A DNA stretch of 64,000 nucleotides from Anaerolineales bacterium (GCA_018335275.1 JAGXKM010000001.1:8154-72153); one strand, 5' to 3'; numbered from the stretch's first letter, positions 1 through 9,383 are shown. Notes: a model not told the origin generated them from the letters alone. A program made the numbers and translations.

Positions 1-603
1 ACCTGTCAGGTGAGCGCCCACATTCAAATCATTCCCCAGATCATTCGCCAAGGAACGGACGTAGGTGCCGGAGGATGCATAGACATCGATGACTGCTTCC
101 GGTGGAGCCCACTCCAAGAGCTCCAGATTATAGACATCGATCTCTCGGGGCTCCAAATCCACCTCTTCTCCGCGGCGCGCCTTCTCGTACGCCCGCTCAC
201 CATCTACTCTGGCAGCAGAATGAGAAGGGGGATATTGTTGGATCTTGCCTTCATAATCGATAAGCAGCTGATGAATTTCCTCATCCGTGATATGGTCCAC
301 GGACTTAGTCTCTCCCACCTGCTTTCCCTCTGTGTCATACGTGTCTGTAGCAACCCCGAACTTAATGATCGCCTGGTACCGTTTGTCAGACGCGGAGAGA
401 TACTCGCTCAAACGGACCGCCGGGCCAATCAGAACGACCAAAACCCCTGAAGCTCTGGGGTCCAACGTCCCGGTATGCCCCACCCGGCGAATATCCGTCC
501 CTTTGCGGATGGTCTTGACCACGTCATGGGAAGTCACCCCCACAGGCTTGTCCACGACCAGGGCTCCAGACACAAAATCCTTCAACTGCTCTTCATTCGA
601 CAT
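1..603 (-). CDS. truB: tRNA pseudouridine(55) synthase TruB; the 3' end runs off the window edge
   Basis: Absent from the ORF track because it runs off the edge. My minus-strand translation from the ATG at 603 reads MSNEEQLKDFVSGALVVDKPVGVTSHDVVKTIRKG..VGHTGTLDPRASGVLVVLIG..KRYQAIIKFGVATDTYDTEG. It carries the GHTGTLDP catalytic motif and is the last gene of the nusA-infB-rbfA operon. Confidence 0.85.
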   Translation of the reverse strand, partial: MSNEEQLKDFVSGALVVDKPVGVTSHDVVKTIRKGTDIRRVGHTGTLDPRASGVLVVLIGPAVRLSEYLSASDKRYQAIIKFGVATDTYDTEGKQVGETKSVDHITDEEIHQLLIDYEGKIQQYPPSHSAARVDGERAYEKARRGEEVDLEPREIDVYNLELLEWAPPEAVIDVYASSGTYVRSLANDLGNDLNVGAHLTG

Positions 604-639
604 AATTCAATCTCCCCAACCTTGACATTGTAATCTCTT

Positions 640-1644
640 CTATTCTTCTTCCCCCAAAATGCGTTTTGTGGCTCTGATCACATCCCCTTTGATGTTTTTT
701 AACTCACCCCGGATTTCCGCCCCCGCGGCCGGTTTATGGCCTCCCCCGCCAAATTGTAGTGCCACGCGGGAAACATCAAATCCCGGTTTCGCCCGCCAAC
801 TTATCTTGACAGATCCACCCCGCTGTTCCACGAAAACGATGCAAATATCCGTTTCCTTAATGGTTGACAAAATATTCACCAGATCCGCATCATCGCGTCC
901 CGGGTATCCCACGCTGTCTCTGTCTTCCAAGGAAAGCGTGGCCCACACCAGACGGCCTTCTTTTTGCGCCTTGGATAAACCCGCTCCCCAATACTTTACG
1001 GCCTCATAAGACCTTTCTAAGAGCGCTTTCCGATGGATCATGGAAATATTCGCACCCTGTTCTTGGAGATCCGCTGCAATTCGCAACACCTGGGAGGTGG
1101 TGTTCGACGTTCGAAACCCTAAGCTATCCATGATGATCCCCGTCAACAAAGCTTCTGCAATGGGTTTATTCAAGGGCAGAGAGAGGTGTTGGATCAGCTT
1201 ATAGATAATTTCCGCCGTGGCCACCGCTTCTTTCTGGACGATGTTAAGCGAGGCGAACATAGTATTTGTAGGATGGTGATCGATGTTGACATCCGGCTGT
1301 CCGATTTCATCCAACACAGAGCCTACCCGGCTGACATCTGAACAATCGACGACGATCACCAAGTCATATACGCCGGCAGCATCCTTATACACTCGTTGAT
1401 GGCCGTACAAAAAGTGAAAGGTGAGAGGGACGCCGTCCTCAAGCACGGTGTTTACTTTTTTCCCCATCTCCTCCAGGACAAGCCCCAGCCCCAATAACGA
1501 TCCCACAGCGTCTCCGTCCGGACGGATATGAGAGACAATGAGGATGCGGTTCGCGGACTGGATCTTTTCGCTGAAACGATCAAACACGCCACTACTCTCC
1601 GGAGGCATTCTCGTCACCCTCTTCCTCCGTGTCAAGTTCAGCAA
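640..1644 (-). CDS. nrnA: DHH-family phosphoesterase (NrnA-like oligoribonuclease/pAp phosphatase). An alternative start at 1608 (MPPESS) would reduce the overlap with rbfA.
   Basis: 334 aa with SHIRPDGDAVGS, NIDHHPTN (the DHH motif) and GGGGHKPAAG (DHHA1). It lies between rbfA and truB. Confidence 0.8.
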   Translation of the reverse strand: MLNLTRRKRVTRMPPESSGVFDRFSEKIQSANRILIVSHIRPDGDAVGSLLGLGLVLEEMGKKVNTVLEDGVPLTFHFLYGHQRVYKDAAGVYDLVIVVDCSDVSRVGSVLDEIGQPDVNIDHHPTNTMFASLNIVQKEAVATAEIIYKLIQHLSLPLNKPIAEALLTGIIMDSLGFRTSNTTSQVLRIAADLQEQGANISMIHRKALLERSYEAVKYWGAGLSKAQKEGRLVWATLSLEDRDSVGYPGRDDADLVNILSTIKETDICIVFVEQRGGSVKISWRAKPGFDVSRVALQFGGGGHKPAAGAEIRGELKNIKGDVIRATKRILGEEE

Positions 1645-1972
1645 TCAACTGCTCAATGCGGTCCGCTCTTTCCGGGACAAGATCCCAGTGAAAACGGAGT
1701 TGAGGGAACGTCCGCAAATGAGAGATATGATGAGCGAGCTCGGAGCGCAGAAACCCTCTGGCATGTTCTAAACCGGCCATGATCTCATCCAGGCGTTCTT
1801 TTCCCTCCAGCGCAGAAACATAGATGTCTGCAAACGCCAACTCTCGATCTACCTTGACATGCGTCACAGACACCCCCTCTAATCGGGGGTCTTCAATATC
1901 GTTTAGGAAGAGCAGCGATAGTTCTCTGTGTATTCGATCAGCAATCCGTATAGATCTAGATTCTGATACCAT
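1592..1972 (-). CDS. rbfA: Ribosome-binding factor A
   Basis: 126 aa with RIADRIHRELSLLF..DPRL..VSVTHVKVDRELAFADIYVS, typical of RbfA. It is directly downstream of infB. Confidence 0.85.
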   Translation of the reverse strand: MVSESRSIRIADRIHRELSLLFLNDIEDPRLEGVSVTHVKVDRELAFADIYVSALEGKERLDEIMAGLEHARGFLRSELAHHISHLRTFPQLRFHWDLVPERADRIEQLIAELDTEEEGDENASGE

Positions 1973-1984
1973 AAGTCATAACCT

Positions 1985-3793
1985 TTAATAATCGGTCACC
2001 ATTTCTATCACAAAACATTCCAGGATGTCGCCTTCCTGGAAATCAGAAAAGCCCTGCAGCCCAATCCCGCATTCATATCCCTCCCGGACTTCATTGACAT
2101 CGTCTTGATGCCGTTTGAGGGAAGCGATCCCACCCTCATACGCCAATTTGTCATCCCGCAGGACGCGGATCTGCGCGTTGCGTTTGATGGAACCCTTTTG
2201 TACTCGGCAGCCAGCTACTTGACCAAACCTGCCAGACGGGAAAACCGCCAGGACCTCCGCCCTCCCGATCAATATTTTCTTTTCGACAGGCTCAAGCATC
2301 CCGTGTAAGGCTTTCTCGATGTCATCAATCAGGTGATAGATAATGTCATATTCCCGGATAGAGATACCTTCGACTTCCGCTAAACGTTTCGCTGCGTTAT
2401 CAGGACCGACATTAAAGCCGAGCACAATAGCGTCGGAAGCCGCAGCCAGCATGATATCATTTTCTCCAATTTGACCCGTGCCGGTGTGAATGATGTTCAC
2501 GCCGATCTCCTGCTCCCCCCCACTTTTCAAGTCCTGCAAAGAGGACATGATCGGTTCCAGAGAACCCTGGACATCTGCCTTGACGATCAAGCGCAGCTCC
2601 TCTTCCTCGCCGGCCTGGACCCTTTCAAAGAGCTGTTCCAAACTGGCACCTTTGGTTTCTTCTATCTCTGCTCTCTCCTGCCTCAGGCTCCGTTCTTCCG
2701 CGATCTCCCGGGCTTTCTTTTCACTCTGCACAACCTCGAATAAATCTCCTGCCACCGGCACCTCATTCATCCCCATCACTGACACCGGTTTAGATGGACC
2801 CGCTTCTTTAATATTATTCCCGCGGAAATCAAACATGGCTTTGATCCGCCCAAAGGTCTGATTGGCGATCACCGTATCCGATTCCCGGAGGGTCCCGTTT
2901 TGAACCAGCAAAGTGGCCATGGGACCGCGGCCCCGGGTCAGCTCCCCTTCCACAACCGTGCCAAATACCTCCCCTTCCGGATTGGCATAGATATCCATAT
3001 CGTCCGCGACGAGAAGGATGGCTTCAAGCAGATCTTCCAGGCCTTCCCGCTCTGTGGCGGAAATGGGGACCACAATCGTATCCCCATCCCACTCATCAGG
3101 GATCAGACCAATCTCTGACAATTCTTGTTTGACCTGTTCCGGGACAGCGTTTGGTTTATCTATTTTGTTGAGAGCGACAATCATCGGCACCTGTGCAGCC
3201 CGGGCGTGGGAAATGGCCTCCTCCGTCTGGGGCATGACCCCGTCATCCGCAGCCACGACCAGGATCACGATATCCGCCCCCTGCGCGCCGCGGGCCCGCA
3301 TGGATGTGAAAGCCGCGTGACCAGGGGTGTCCAGAAAGGTGATCGTCTTCTGATTATGCTCGATTTGATAAGCTCCAATATGCTGCGTGATCCCCCCCGC
3401 TTCCCCTTCCGCCACAGTTGTATGTCGAATGGCATCCAACAACGTAGTCTTCCCGTGATCAACATGGCCTAACATGGTCACAACAGGTGGGCGAGGTTTC
3501 AGGTTTTTTTCTTCCTCCTCTTCCAGTTTCCTCCTCCACAGGGGGATCTGGGCCTTTTCCTCCTGAACATCTTCCTCCTCTACCTGCTCAGGGACGGCTT
3601 CAAATCCCATTTCCGTTGAGACGATAGCGGCTGTGTCAAAATCAATTTCCTGATTGATATTCGCCATCATTCCGTTCGCCATCAATGTTTTAATGACATC
3701 AATAGGACTTGCGCCAAGTTTTTGGGCCAAATCTCTCACGGTGATGCTGATGGGCAGTTCGACTTGTTTTGTATCTTGTTCGTTCTCTGCCAT
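1985..3793 (-). CDS. infB: Translation initiation factor IF-2 (short form)
   Basis: 602 aa with GHVDHGKTTLLD, DTPGH and NKID GTPase motifs. The C-terminal IF2 domains are present and there is a GAGG RBS upstream. Confidence 0.95.
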   Translation of the reverse strand: MAENEQDTKQVELPISITVRDLAQKLGASPIDVIKTLMANGMMANINQEIDFDTAAIVSTEMGFEAVPEQVEEEDVQEEKAQIPLWRRKLEEEEEKNLKPRPPVVTMLGHVDHGKTTLLDAIRHTTVAEGEAGGITQHIGAYQIEHNQKTITFLDTPGHAAFTSMRARGAQGADIVILVVAADDGVMPQTEEAISHARAAQVPMIVALNKIDKPNAVPEQVKQELSEIGLIPDEWDGDTIVVPISATEREGLEDLLEAILLVADDMDIYANPEGEVFGTVVEGELTRGRGPMATLLVQNGTLRESDTVIANQTFGRIKAMFDFRGNNIKEAGPSKPVSVMGMNEVPVAGDLFEVVQSEKKAREIAEERSLRQERAEIEETKGASLEQLFERVQAGEEEELRLIVKADVQGSLEPIMSSLQDLKSGGEQEIGVNIIHTGTGQIGENDIMLAAASDAIVLGFNVGPDNAAKRLAEVEGISIREYDIIYHLIDDIEKALHGMLEPVEKKILIGRAEVLAVFPSGRFGQVAGCRVQKGSIKRNAQIRVLRDDKLAYEGGIASLKRHQDDVNEVREGYECGIGLQGFSDFQEGDILECFVIEMVTDY

Positions 3794-3850
3794 AAATTAC
3801 CTCGTATTTACCCTTTCTCTCCCCTTTGCATTCCAACAAACGTACCCCTC

Positions 3851-4129
3851 CTATCCTTCCTGATCCAGGGAGGACAGGTAACTTACTAAACGATCCTTAT
3901 CTTCCTTTCCCAGCGAGGTGCGAAGCGCATGACTCAAGGAAGAATCAATACCCTGCTGCCAGCACTCTCGACGGGGGTGAAGATAAGCCCCGCGGCCCGG
4001 CCGTTTTCCCGTGGGGTCCACATAAACACCCTCCGGTGTGCGGACGATGCGTATCAAAACGCTTTTCTCTTCCACCTGACCGCAGCCGACGCATGTGCGT
4101 TGTGGTTTATGTTTTCTTTTTCCCATCAT
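3851..4129 (-). CDS. ylxR: YlxR/DUF448-family RNA-binding protein
   Basis: 92 aa with the RTCVGCGQ..IRIVRTPEG....DPTGKRPGRGAYL signature. It sits between nusA and infB. Confidence 0.85.
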   Translation of the reverse strand: MMGKRKHKPQRTCVGCGQVEEKSVLIRIVRTPEGVYVDPTGKRPGRGAYLHPRRECWQQGIDSSLSHALRTSLGKEDKDRLVSYLSSLDQEG

Positions 4130-4223
4130 CCTTCGTCAAATACTACTTATCTAAAAATTAAAACGAAAAGTTCTAAAAAGAAAACCGGATCTGATGCTCC
4201 ATCCCTATCTGAGTTTGCCTTCG

Positions 4224-6296
4224 TTACTCCTCTTCCCCCTGGTTTTCTTCTGGCTGTTCTGGTTCCTTTTCCTCCCCAGATTCTGGGGCAGCTTCTTCCT
4301 GATCACTCTCATCCCCTTCATCCGGCAGAGGTTTACGCTCCACCATGATATCCAGAGATTCCTGGATTGTCGCTGCAGCTTCAGGCCCGATACCTTCTAT
4401 ATCGGAGATTTCCTTGGGCTCCGAATACATTTGCTGGGCAAGTTCCCCGACGTTCTCAAATCCCGCCTCAGTCAATAAAGCCTCGGTTTCTTCAGACAAG
4501 CCCAGGGTCAACAAAGGCAAATCATAGGCGTCTTCAGGAACAACTACTTCCTCGGCTACATCCCCCTCAGCTGCTTCTTCCCGGTCCTCATCCTCCCCCA
4601 CTTCTTCCTCAATGGTCTCCTCATCTTTTTCCTCTGTTGGTTCCTCCGCGTCCTGATCTTCGGAGGGAGGTTTGCCTTCCTCCTCTTTATCCTCTTCCTC
4701 AGCGGCTTTCCCCTTCAGGTCCTTCTGTAGTTTTTCCAGATCAATATCTTTCTGCAGCATCTCCTCTTTGGCAATTTGCAGCTCCTCCGGAAGAGGCTCA
4801 TACCCTACCATGACCTGCAGGGAATCTTCGATCTTTTCAATATATGTGGGACCAATCCCTTCAATGTCCGCGATGGACTCCGGTTTCAGGAGCAATTTAT
4901 ACGTGAGATCGCCGACGTTTTCATACCCCTCTTCAAGCAGTATATTCTCGACCCGGGTTGGCAAACCCAGGGTCATCAGGGGCAGATCATAGGCATCATC
5001 AGGCACCGCTTCCTTCGCTGCCTCCATCCTCTCTTTTATCAACTTCTTGACTTTTTCGCGCCGGGTGATGAGTTCTTTCTCAACCCGCTCTGTGAATTTG
5101 TGCAGTTCCCGATATTCCTCGGGCTGGATGGGCCTCCCCTGGGCTTTTTTCTCCATGATGGCTTCAATCTTAGGGATGCTTTCCGATTCTTTCTCAGCGA
5201 ATAATGCATATTGGGGATTGTTTTTCAACTGGAACAAGGTCTCTGATGTGACTTCAAAGAGCCCTTTGATATCAATCCGCCAACCTGTCAATTTTGCTGA
5301 CAAACGCGCATTCTGACCGTTTCGACCAATGGCCAAGCTCAACTGATCTTCCGGGACAACCACCGTGGCTGTGGGCATTCCCCTTGTGTTCTTGTTAAGG
5401 AAAACGCTCAAAACCCGGGCCGGGCTGAGGGCTTTGGCGATAAATTCTTCTGTATTTGGATTCCACTCGATGACATCGATCTTTTCATCGCTTAATTCCC
5501 GGACAATGGCCTGGATCCGAACCCCCCGCACTCCGACGCACGCGCCTACAGGATCCACGCCCGGTTTCAAAGCAGCTACAGCCACTTTGGAGCGATGTCC
5601 CGCTTCCCTGGCGATGGAGCGAATTTCAACCAATCCCTGATAAATTTCGGGAACCTCATTTTCCAGCAGCCTGCGCAGGAAATCCCTGTGAGCTCTGGAG
5701 AGGATAATTTTCGGTTCCCGGGTTGTCTCCTCGACATCCAGCAATAAAGCACGAATTCTGTCATGGACCCGGAAGTATTCTCCGGGAATTTGTTGGCTTC
5801 GGGGCATGATCCCTTCAGCATTGATATTCAAACCGATGGTGAGTTCATTCCGGTGAATAGCCTGCACGACACCTGTGACAATTTCTCCCACCCGCTCATT
5901 ATAATATTCAAACTGGGCCCCACGCTCCGCCTGCCGGATACGCTGCTGGATGACCTGTCGTGCTGTTTGAGCTGCCACCCGTCCAAAATCATCCGGGGTG
6001 CTCTCCACCATCACCAGATCACCTAAATCCGCGTCCTCTTCTACTTTCCGGGCTTCGGAAAGTTTTACTTCCGTGCGATCGTCCTGGACCTCTTCGACGA
6101 CCTCTTTTTCAGCGAAAATCGTCACTTCGCCGGTTTCGAGGTCAATGTCCGCTTCCACTTTTTGAGCGCTTGAAGCTTTCACAGCGCGTCGATACGCTGA
6201 GACCATGGCGTCTTTCAAAGCTTCCAATATGATCTCTTCCGGCAAATTCCGGTCGCTGATGACTTGTTTAAAAGCCAATTCAAATTCGTTTTTCAT
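4224..6296 (-). CDS. nusA: Transcription termination/antitermination factor NusA with an extended duplicated C-terminus
   Basis: The track ORF starts at 6410, but MKNEFELAFKQV at 6296 is preceded by GGAGATGTAGCG (an RBS) and matches NusA N-termini. NTD, S1 and KH-KH regions are followed by two HhH-type repeats. Confidence 0.9.
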   Translation of the reverse strand: MKNEFELAFKQVISDRNLPEEIILEALKDAMVSAYRRAVKASSAQKVEADIDLETGEVTIFAEKEVVEEVQDDRTEVKLSEARKVEEDADLGDLVMVESTPDDFGRVAAQTARQVIQQRIRQAERGAQFEYYNERVGEIVTGVVQAIHRNELTIGLNINAEGIMPRSQQIPGEYFRVHDRIRALLLDVEETTREPKIILSRAHRDFLRRLLENEVPEIYQGLVEIRSIAREAGHRSKVAVAALKPGVDPVGACVGVRGVRIQAIVRELSDEKIDVIEWNPNTEEFIAKALSPARVLSVFLNKNTRGMPTATVVVPEDQLSLAIGRNGQNARLSAKLTGWRIDIKGLFEVTSETLFQLKNNPQYALFAEKESESIPKIEAIMEKKAQGRPIQPEEYRELHKFTERVEKELITRREKVKKLIKERMEAAKEAVPDDAYDLPLMTLGLPTRVENILLEEGYENVGDLTYKLLLKPESIADIEGIGPTYIEKIEDSLQVMVGYEPLPEELQIAKEEMLQKDIDLEKLQKDLKGKAAEEEDKEEEGKPPSEDQDAEEPTEEKDEETIEEEVGEDEDREEAAEGDVAEEVVVPEDAYDLPLLTLGLSEETEALLTEAGFENVGELAQQMYSEPKEISDIEGIGPEAAATIQESLDIMVERKPLPDEGDESDQEEAAPESGEEKEPEQPEENQGEEE
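4317..4541 (-). repeat. NusA C-terminal repeat 2 (AR/HhH-like module)
   Basis: VPEDAYDLPLLTLGLSEETEALLTEAGFENVGELAQQMYSEPKEISDIEGIGPEAAATIQESLDIMVERKPLPDE. By eye it is about half identical to repeat 1, and an E/D-rich linker (4542-4791) separates the two. Confidence 0.7.
4792..5006 (-). repeat. NusA C-terminal repeat 1 (AR/HhH-like module)
   Basis: VPDDAYDLPLMTLGLPTRVENILLEEGYENVGDLTYKLLLKPESIADIEGIGPTYIEKIEDSLQVMVGYEPLPEE. Confidence 0.7.
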
Positions 6297-6350
6297 CGCT
6301 ACATCTCCAATCCTTCTCCTAGGACGGAGGATCACATTACTAGCTGGCAA

Positions 6351-6374
6351 TAAAAAAAGTGGGATGTACCCACT
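6351..6374 (-). terminator. Intrinsic terminator inside the nusA 5' leader (candidate attenuator)
   Basis: The minus strand reads AGTGGG-TACAT-CCCACT followed by TTTTTTT. It lies between the predicted promoter (6415-6443) and the nusA ATG (6296). Confidence 0.55.
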
Positions 6375-6414
6375 TTCATCGCCACCAGTATTGCGACCTC
6401 CCTCTGCCAAAAAA

Positions 6415-6443
6415 TTCTATCACGAAATGATATCAATGGCAAG
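6415..6443 (-). promoter_or_regulatory. Sigma70-type promoter of the nusA operon
   Basis: The minus strand reads TTGCCA, a 17-nt spacer, then TAGAAT with TGa immediately upstream (extended -10). Confidence 0.5.
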
Positions 6444-6543
6444 GTAGCTGAAAACCAAACACCTCACAAATCTCGCTCAACTTCGCAAGAGAAAAAATAC
6501 CCCGCGTCTGGATGCAAATCATAAGACAACAGAAAGTGATTTC

Positions 6544-9174
6544 TCACGAAGTTATTTCCTCGTCCCATTCTTCTGAAAGCATCCTCTCCAGCAATGCTTT
6601 TTCTTCTTTTTCCGTTGAGACCTCTCCATCGATCCAAGCATTCCGGAGGTTTTCCAAAATTTCGCTGTAACGCGGTCCTGGCGGCAAACCCCGATCCTTC
6701 AAATCCTGACCGGAGATATGGGAGGAAACATGCTGCCAGGAAGATAAATAACGCGAGAGAAGACCTTTTTGTTCCGGTTTGTCTCTGCTGAGATACACTG
6801 CGTAAATCGCTACGTTTGAGATCTGATCCAGCCTTGATGTGATCTCACTGTGTGGTTTCCCCATCAGAGCAGGCAGCATGTTCTGTAAATCAACGGCTTC
6901 CAGAATGATTTGCGAGATCAGAGAGGTTAATTTCAGGCGTTTGATGACCCGGGTGGGTTCAGGTGTCCCCATCAGCCAAGTGGTGTAGATGAGGGATTCA
7001 TGGAGGGTCCCCGGCGGTAATTCCCCCTCCACTTTCCAATCTTTAGGAAGCTCCCTGTCGAATATAGAATCGATAAGCTCAAAAAGGTCATCATTCCAAG
7101 GGAGGTCAGGATGAACTGCTTCTAAAATGTTCAATTCATGCAGTCGTTCCATCATAGGAGCCGCGTTCTCCTCATCAAAGATACGGTCAAATTCATGCCG
7201 GATGCGGTCTCCGGAAACCCTCTTGAGCAGCGATTTCGCTTCCAAGAGCAGTTCCCGCGTTCGTTCTTCGATCTCAAAAGCATAACGTTGTTCATAGCGC
7301 ACGGCGCGTAAAATTCGCGTGGGGTCATCTACGAAAGAGAGGGAGTGAAGGACTCGAATGAGTCCCTGCTTCAAATCACTCAGCCCTCCCCAATAATCAT
7401 ACAGCTCCCCATAATGGCGCCCATCCAAACGTAAGGCAAGGGTATTGATCGTGAAATCCCGGCGGTGAAGGTCAAGTTTGATGCTCCCCCGCTCCACGGT
7501 GGGTAAGGCTGTGGGATGCGTGTAAAACTCCGTGCGGGCTGAGATGAAATCTAAAGCCTCGGGCAGCGATTTCATGTCTTCCTTGCTGAGTCCCAAGTTG
7601 TCCCCCATTTCTGGATCCAGAAACCACTTCGCCGTCCCAAATCGGCTGTGGCTGGTGACCCGACCTCCAAATTCCTCCTGAATCGCCTTTGAGAGTGCAA
7701 TAGCGTCCCCTTCCACAACCAAATCGAAGTCAAGGCTGGGGTATTCAAGGAGCAAATCCCGCACAAAACCACCCACAATATATAAAGCATCTTTGCGCTC
7801 CTGGGCGATTTCAGCGACTTTCTGAAGCAGCTTCACCCGCATTGGGGGAAGCTTAGCCTCCAGACGCGCTGCCAGATTCTGGCGTCCTGGGGTCGGTTTA
7901 CTGGGGGCGAGGATTTTTAAGAGATCCGTGCGGGTCACGATCCCGACAATGGTTTTTGAACGGGAGGTGACGACAGGGATCTGTCCCCATCCTGTATCTG
8001 TCATTACATTTTGAATATGTTCCAGGGAATCGGAGGGAAAAACACGCACATTCCCCGCTTCCATGAGGCTGGACACCGACAAATTCAAACCGTGCGCCAG
8101 GGCCCTGTCCACCGCGCGGCGGGTCAGTAACCCTACGATCTCTCCATCTTCCACAACTGGAAACCCCTCATACCCATACCTGACCATCATTTCCGACGCC
8201 TTCTGGACAGACATATCCGGGGGGATGGTTTGAGGATTTCGAGACATAATTTTTTTGGCAGTGATGGCCGGTTCGATATAATCAGGGAGGATATCCTGTA
8301 ACCGGGCATAAATTTCATCCACGTCTCCATCCTTGATCAACGCTGCTGCTGCCCGGGGATGACCTCCTCCCGTTTCAAACCCCTCCAACACCGCGGAAAC
8401 ATCAATCTGATCATCATTTGAACGGGCGATCATTTGCACACCAGCGCTCGTCTCCAAGAGCAGAAAAATAGCATCCGGGTCAAGTAGATCCCTCAGTTTA
8501 TGAGCCAGGGTGGAAAGTTCCGCATCCAATTCCTGCGCATCAGCCTGGGCGATGATAACGCTGTGCCCGTGGATGATCCTGCTCTCTGCATTAGCCCGCA
8601 GCTCCTCGTAAACTTTCTGTTGATCCAGTGAGAGGGGGTGGTTGAGGTAATCCGTGACAATAGCCAAGCTACCGCCCTCTTCAACAAGACAACCCGCGGC
8701 GTGGATATCCGAGGGCGAGGTCCTGGTATAGGTCAGGGACCCTGTATCCTCGTAAATTCCCAACAACAACAGCGTGGCCTGGATGGGCGTAAGCTGCAGA
8801 TCCCGCTCCTTGATGGCTTCCACGAAAATCGTGGTAGTCGCCCCGGTCTCTTCGATCGTCATTTCCCATTCCTCCGGCACATCGTCACCCAGCGAATGGT
8901 GGTCGATGACGCGAACCTTCGTATCGGATGACATGCCCTTGACGCTGATTAAAGATTGGGTATCGACCAGGGTCACCGATGAAATGGGGTCACCGGTAAG
9001 ATCACGGGGATCCATAAAGGGCAGCTCTACACCGTAAAGGTTCAGGAATGCCTCCACGTTGCGGTTTAACTGCCGGGGAAGGATAGGGATCAATTCCTCA
9101 TCTAGCAGATAGGCCCCAAGGAGAGATGCCAGACCGTCAAAATCGGTTCGCTCATGCGTCAGAATGATGTCCAT
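6544..9174 (-). CDS. Fusion protein: DHH/DHHA1 phosphoesterase, CBS pair and class-II tRNA nucleotidyltransferase/poly(A) polymerase
   Basis: 876 aa. The N-terminus has DFDGLAS, VIDHHS and GGGHPRAAAA, and a CBS pair sits in the middle. The C-terminal part has YIVGGFVRDLLL..DFDLVV and RRDFTINTLA nucleotidyltransferase motifs plus a helical tail. Confidence 0.8.
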   Translation of the reverse strand: MDIILTHERTDFDGLASLLGAYLLDEELIPILPRQLNRNVEAFLNLYGVELPFMDPRDLTGDPISSVTLVDTQSLISVKGMSSDTKVRVIDHHSLGDDVPEEWEMTIEETGATTTIFVEAIKERDLQLTPIQATLLLLGIYEDTGSLTYTRTSPSDIHAAGCLVEEGGSLAIVTDYLNHPLSLDQQKVYEELRANAESRIIHGHSVIIAQADAQELDAELSTLAHKLRDLLDPDAIFLLLETSAGVQMIARSNDDQIDVSAVLEGFETGGGHPRAAAALIKDGDVDEIYARLQDILPDYIEPAITAKKIMSRNPQTIPPDMSVQKASEMMVRYGYEGFPVVEDGEIVGLLTRRAVDRALAHGLNLSVSSLMEAGNVRVFPSDSLEHIQNVMTDTGWGQIPVVTSRSKTIVGIVTRTDLLKILAPSKPTPGRQNLAARLEAKLPPMRVKLLQKVAEIAQERKDALYIVGGFVRDLLLEYPSLDFDLVVEGDAIALSKAIQEEFGGRVTSHSRFGTAKWFLDPEMGDNLGLSKEDMKSLPEALDFISARTEFYTHPTALPTVERGSIKLDLHRRDFTINTLALRLDGRHYGELYDYWGGLSDLKQGLIRVLHSLSFVDDPTRILRAVRYEQRYAFEIEERTRELLLEAKSLLKRVSGDRIRHEFDRIFDEENAAPMMERLHELNILEAVHPDLPWNDDLFELIDSIFDRELPKDWKVEGELPPGTLHESLIYTTWLMGTPEPTRVIKRLKLTSLISQIILEAVDLQNMLPALMGKPHSEITSRLDQISNVAIYAVYLSRDKPEQKGLLSRYLSSWQHVSSHISGQDLKDRGLPPGPRYSEILENLRNAWIDGEVSTEKEEKALLERMLSEEWDEEITS

Positions 9175-9383
9175 AGTGAAAGGCTTCGTTTGAGCAGCTC
9201 GAAAACGGAGATATCCGACCCTATTGTACCTTATCTGTGGTTTGCAAACAGATCAGGATGGATCCTTGATGCCCTTCCAGATTTACCCCCTCTCCCCGGC
9301 GATCAAAGAAGGAAAACGTTTCTCATTCTAACCCGATCACTTTGTCTTTTTCCTCCACATATTTCCCTTTATAATACGAACTT

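Noticed and set aside
10-625. Plus-strand ORFs 10-450 and 287-625.
   Set aside because: They are antisense to an unambiguous truB reading frame that the track missed because it runs off the window edge.
6297-6410. N-terminal 38-codon extension of the nusA ORF (MAEGGRNTGG...).
   Set aside because: The extension spans the predicted leader terminator and has no RBS. MKNEFELAFKQV at 6296 has a GGAG RBS and matches NusA N-termini.
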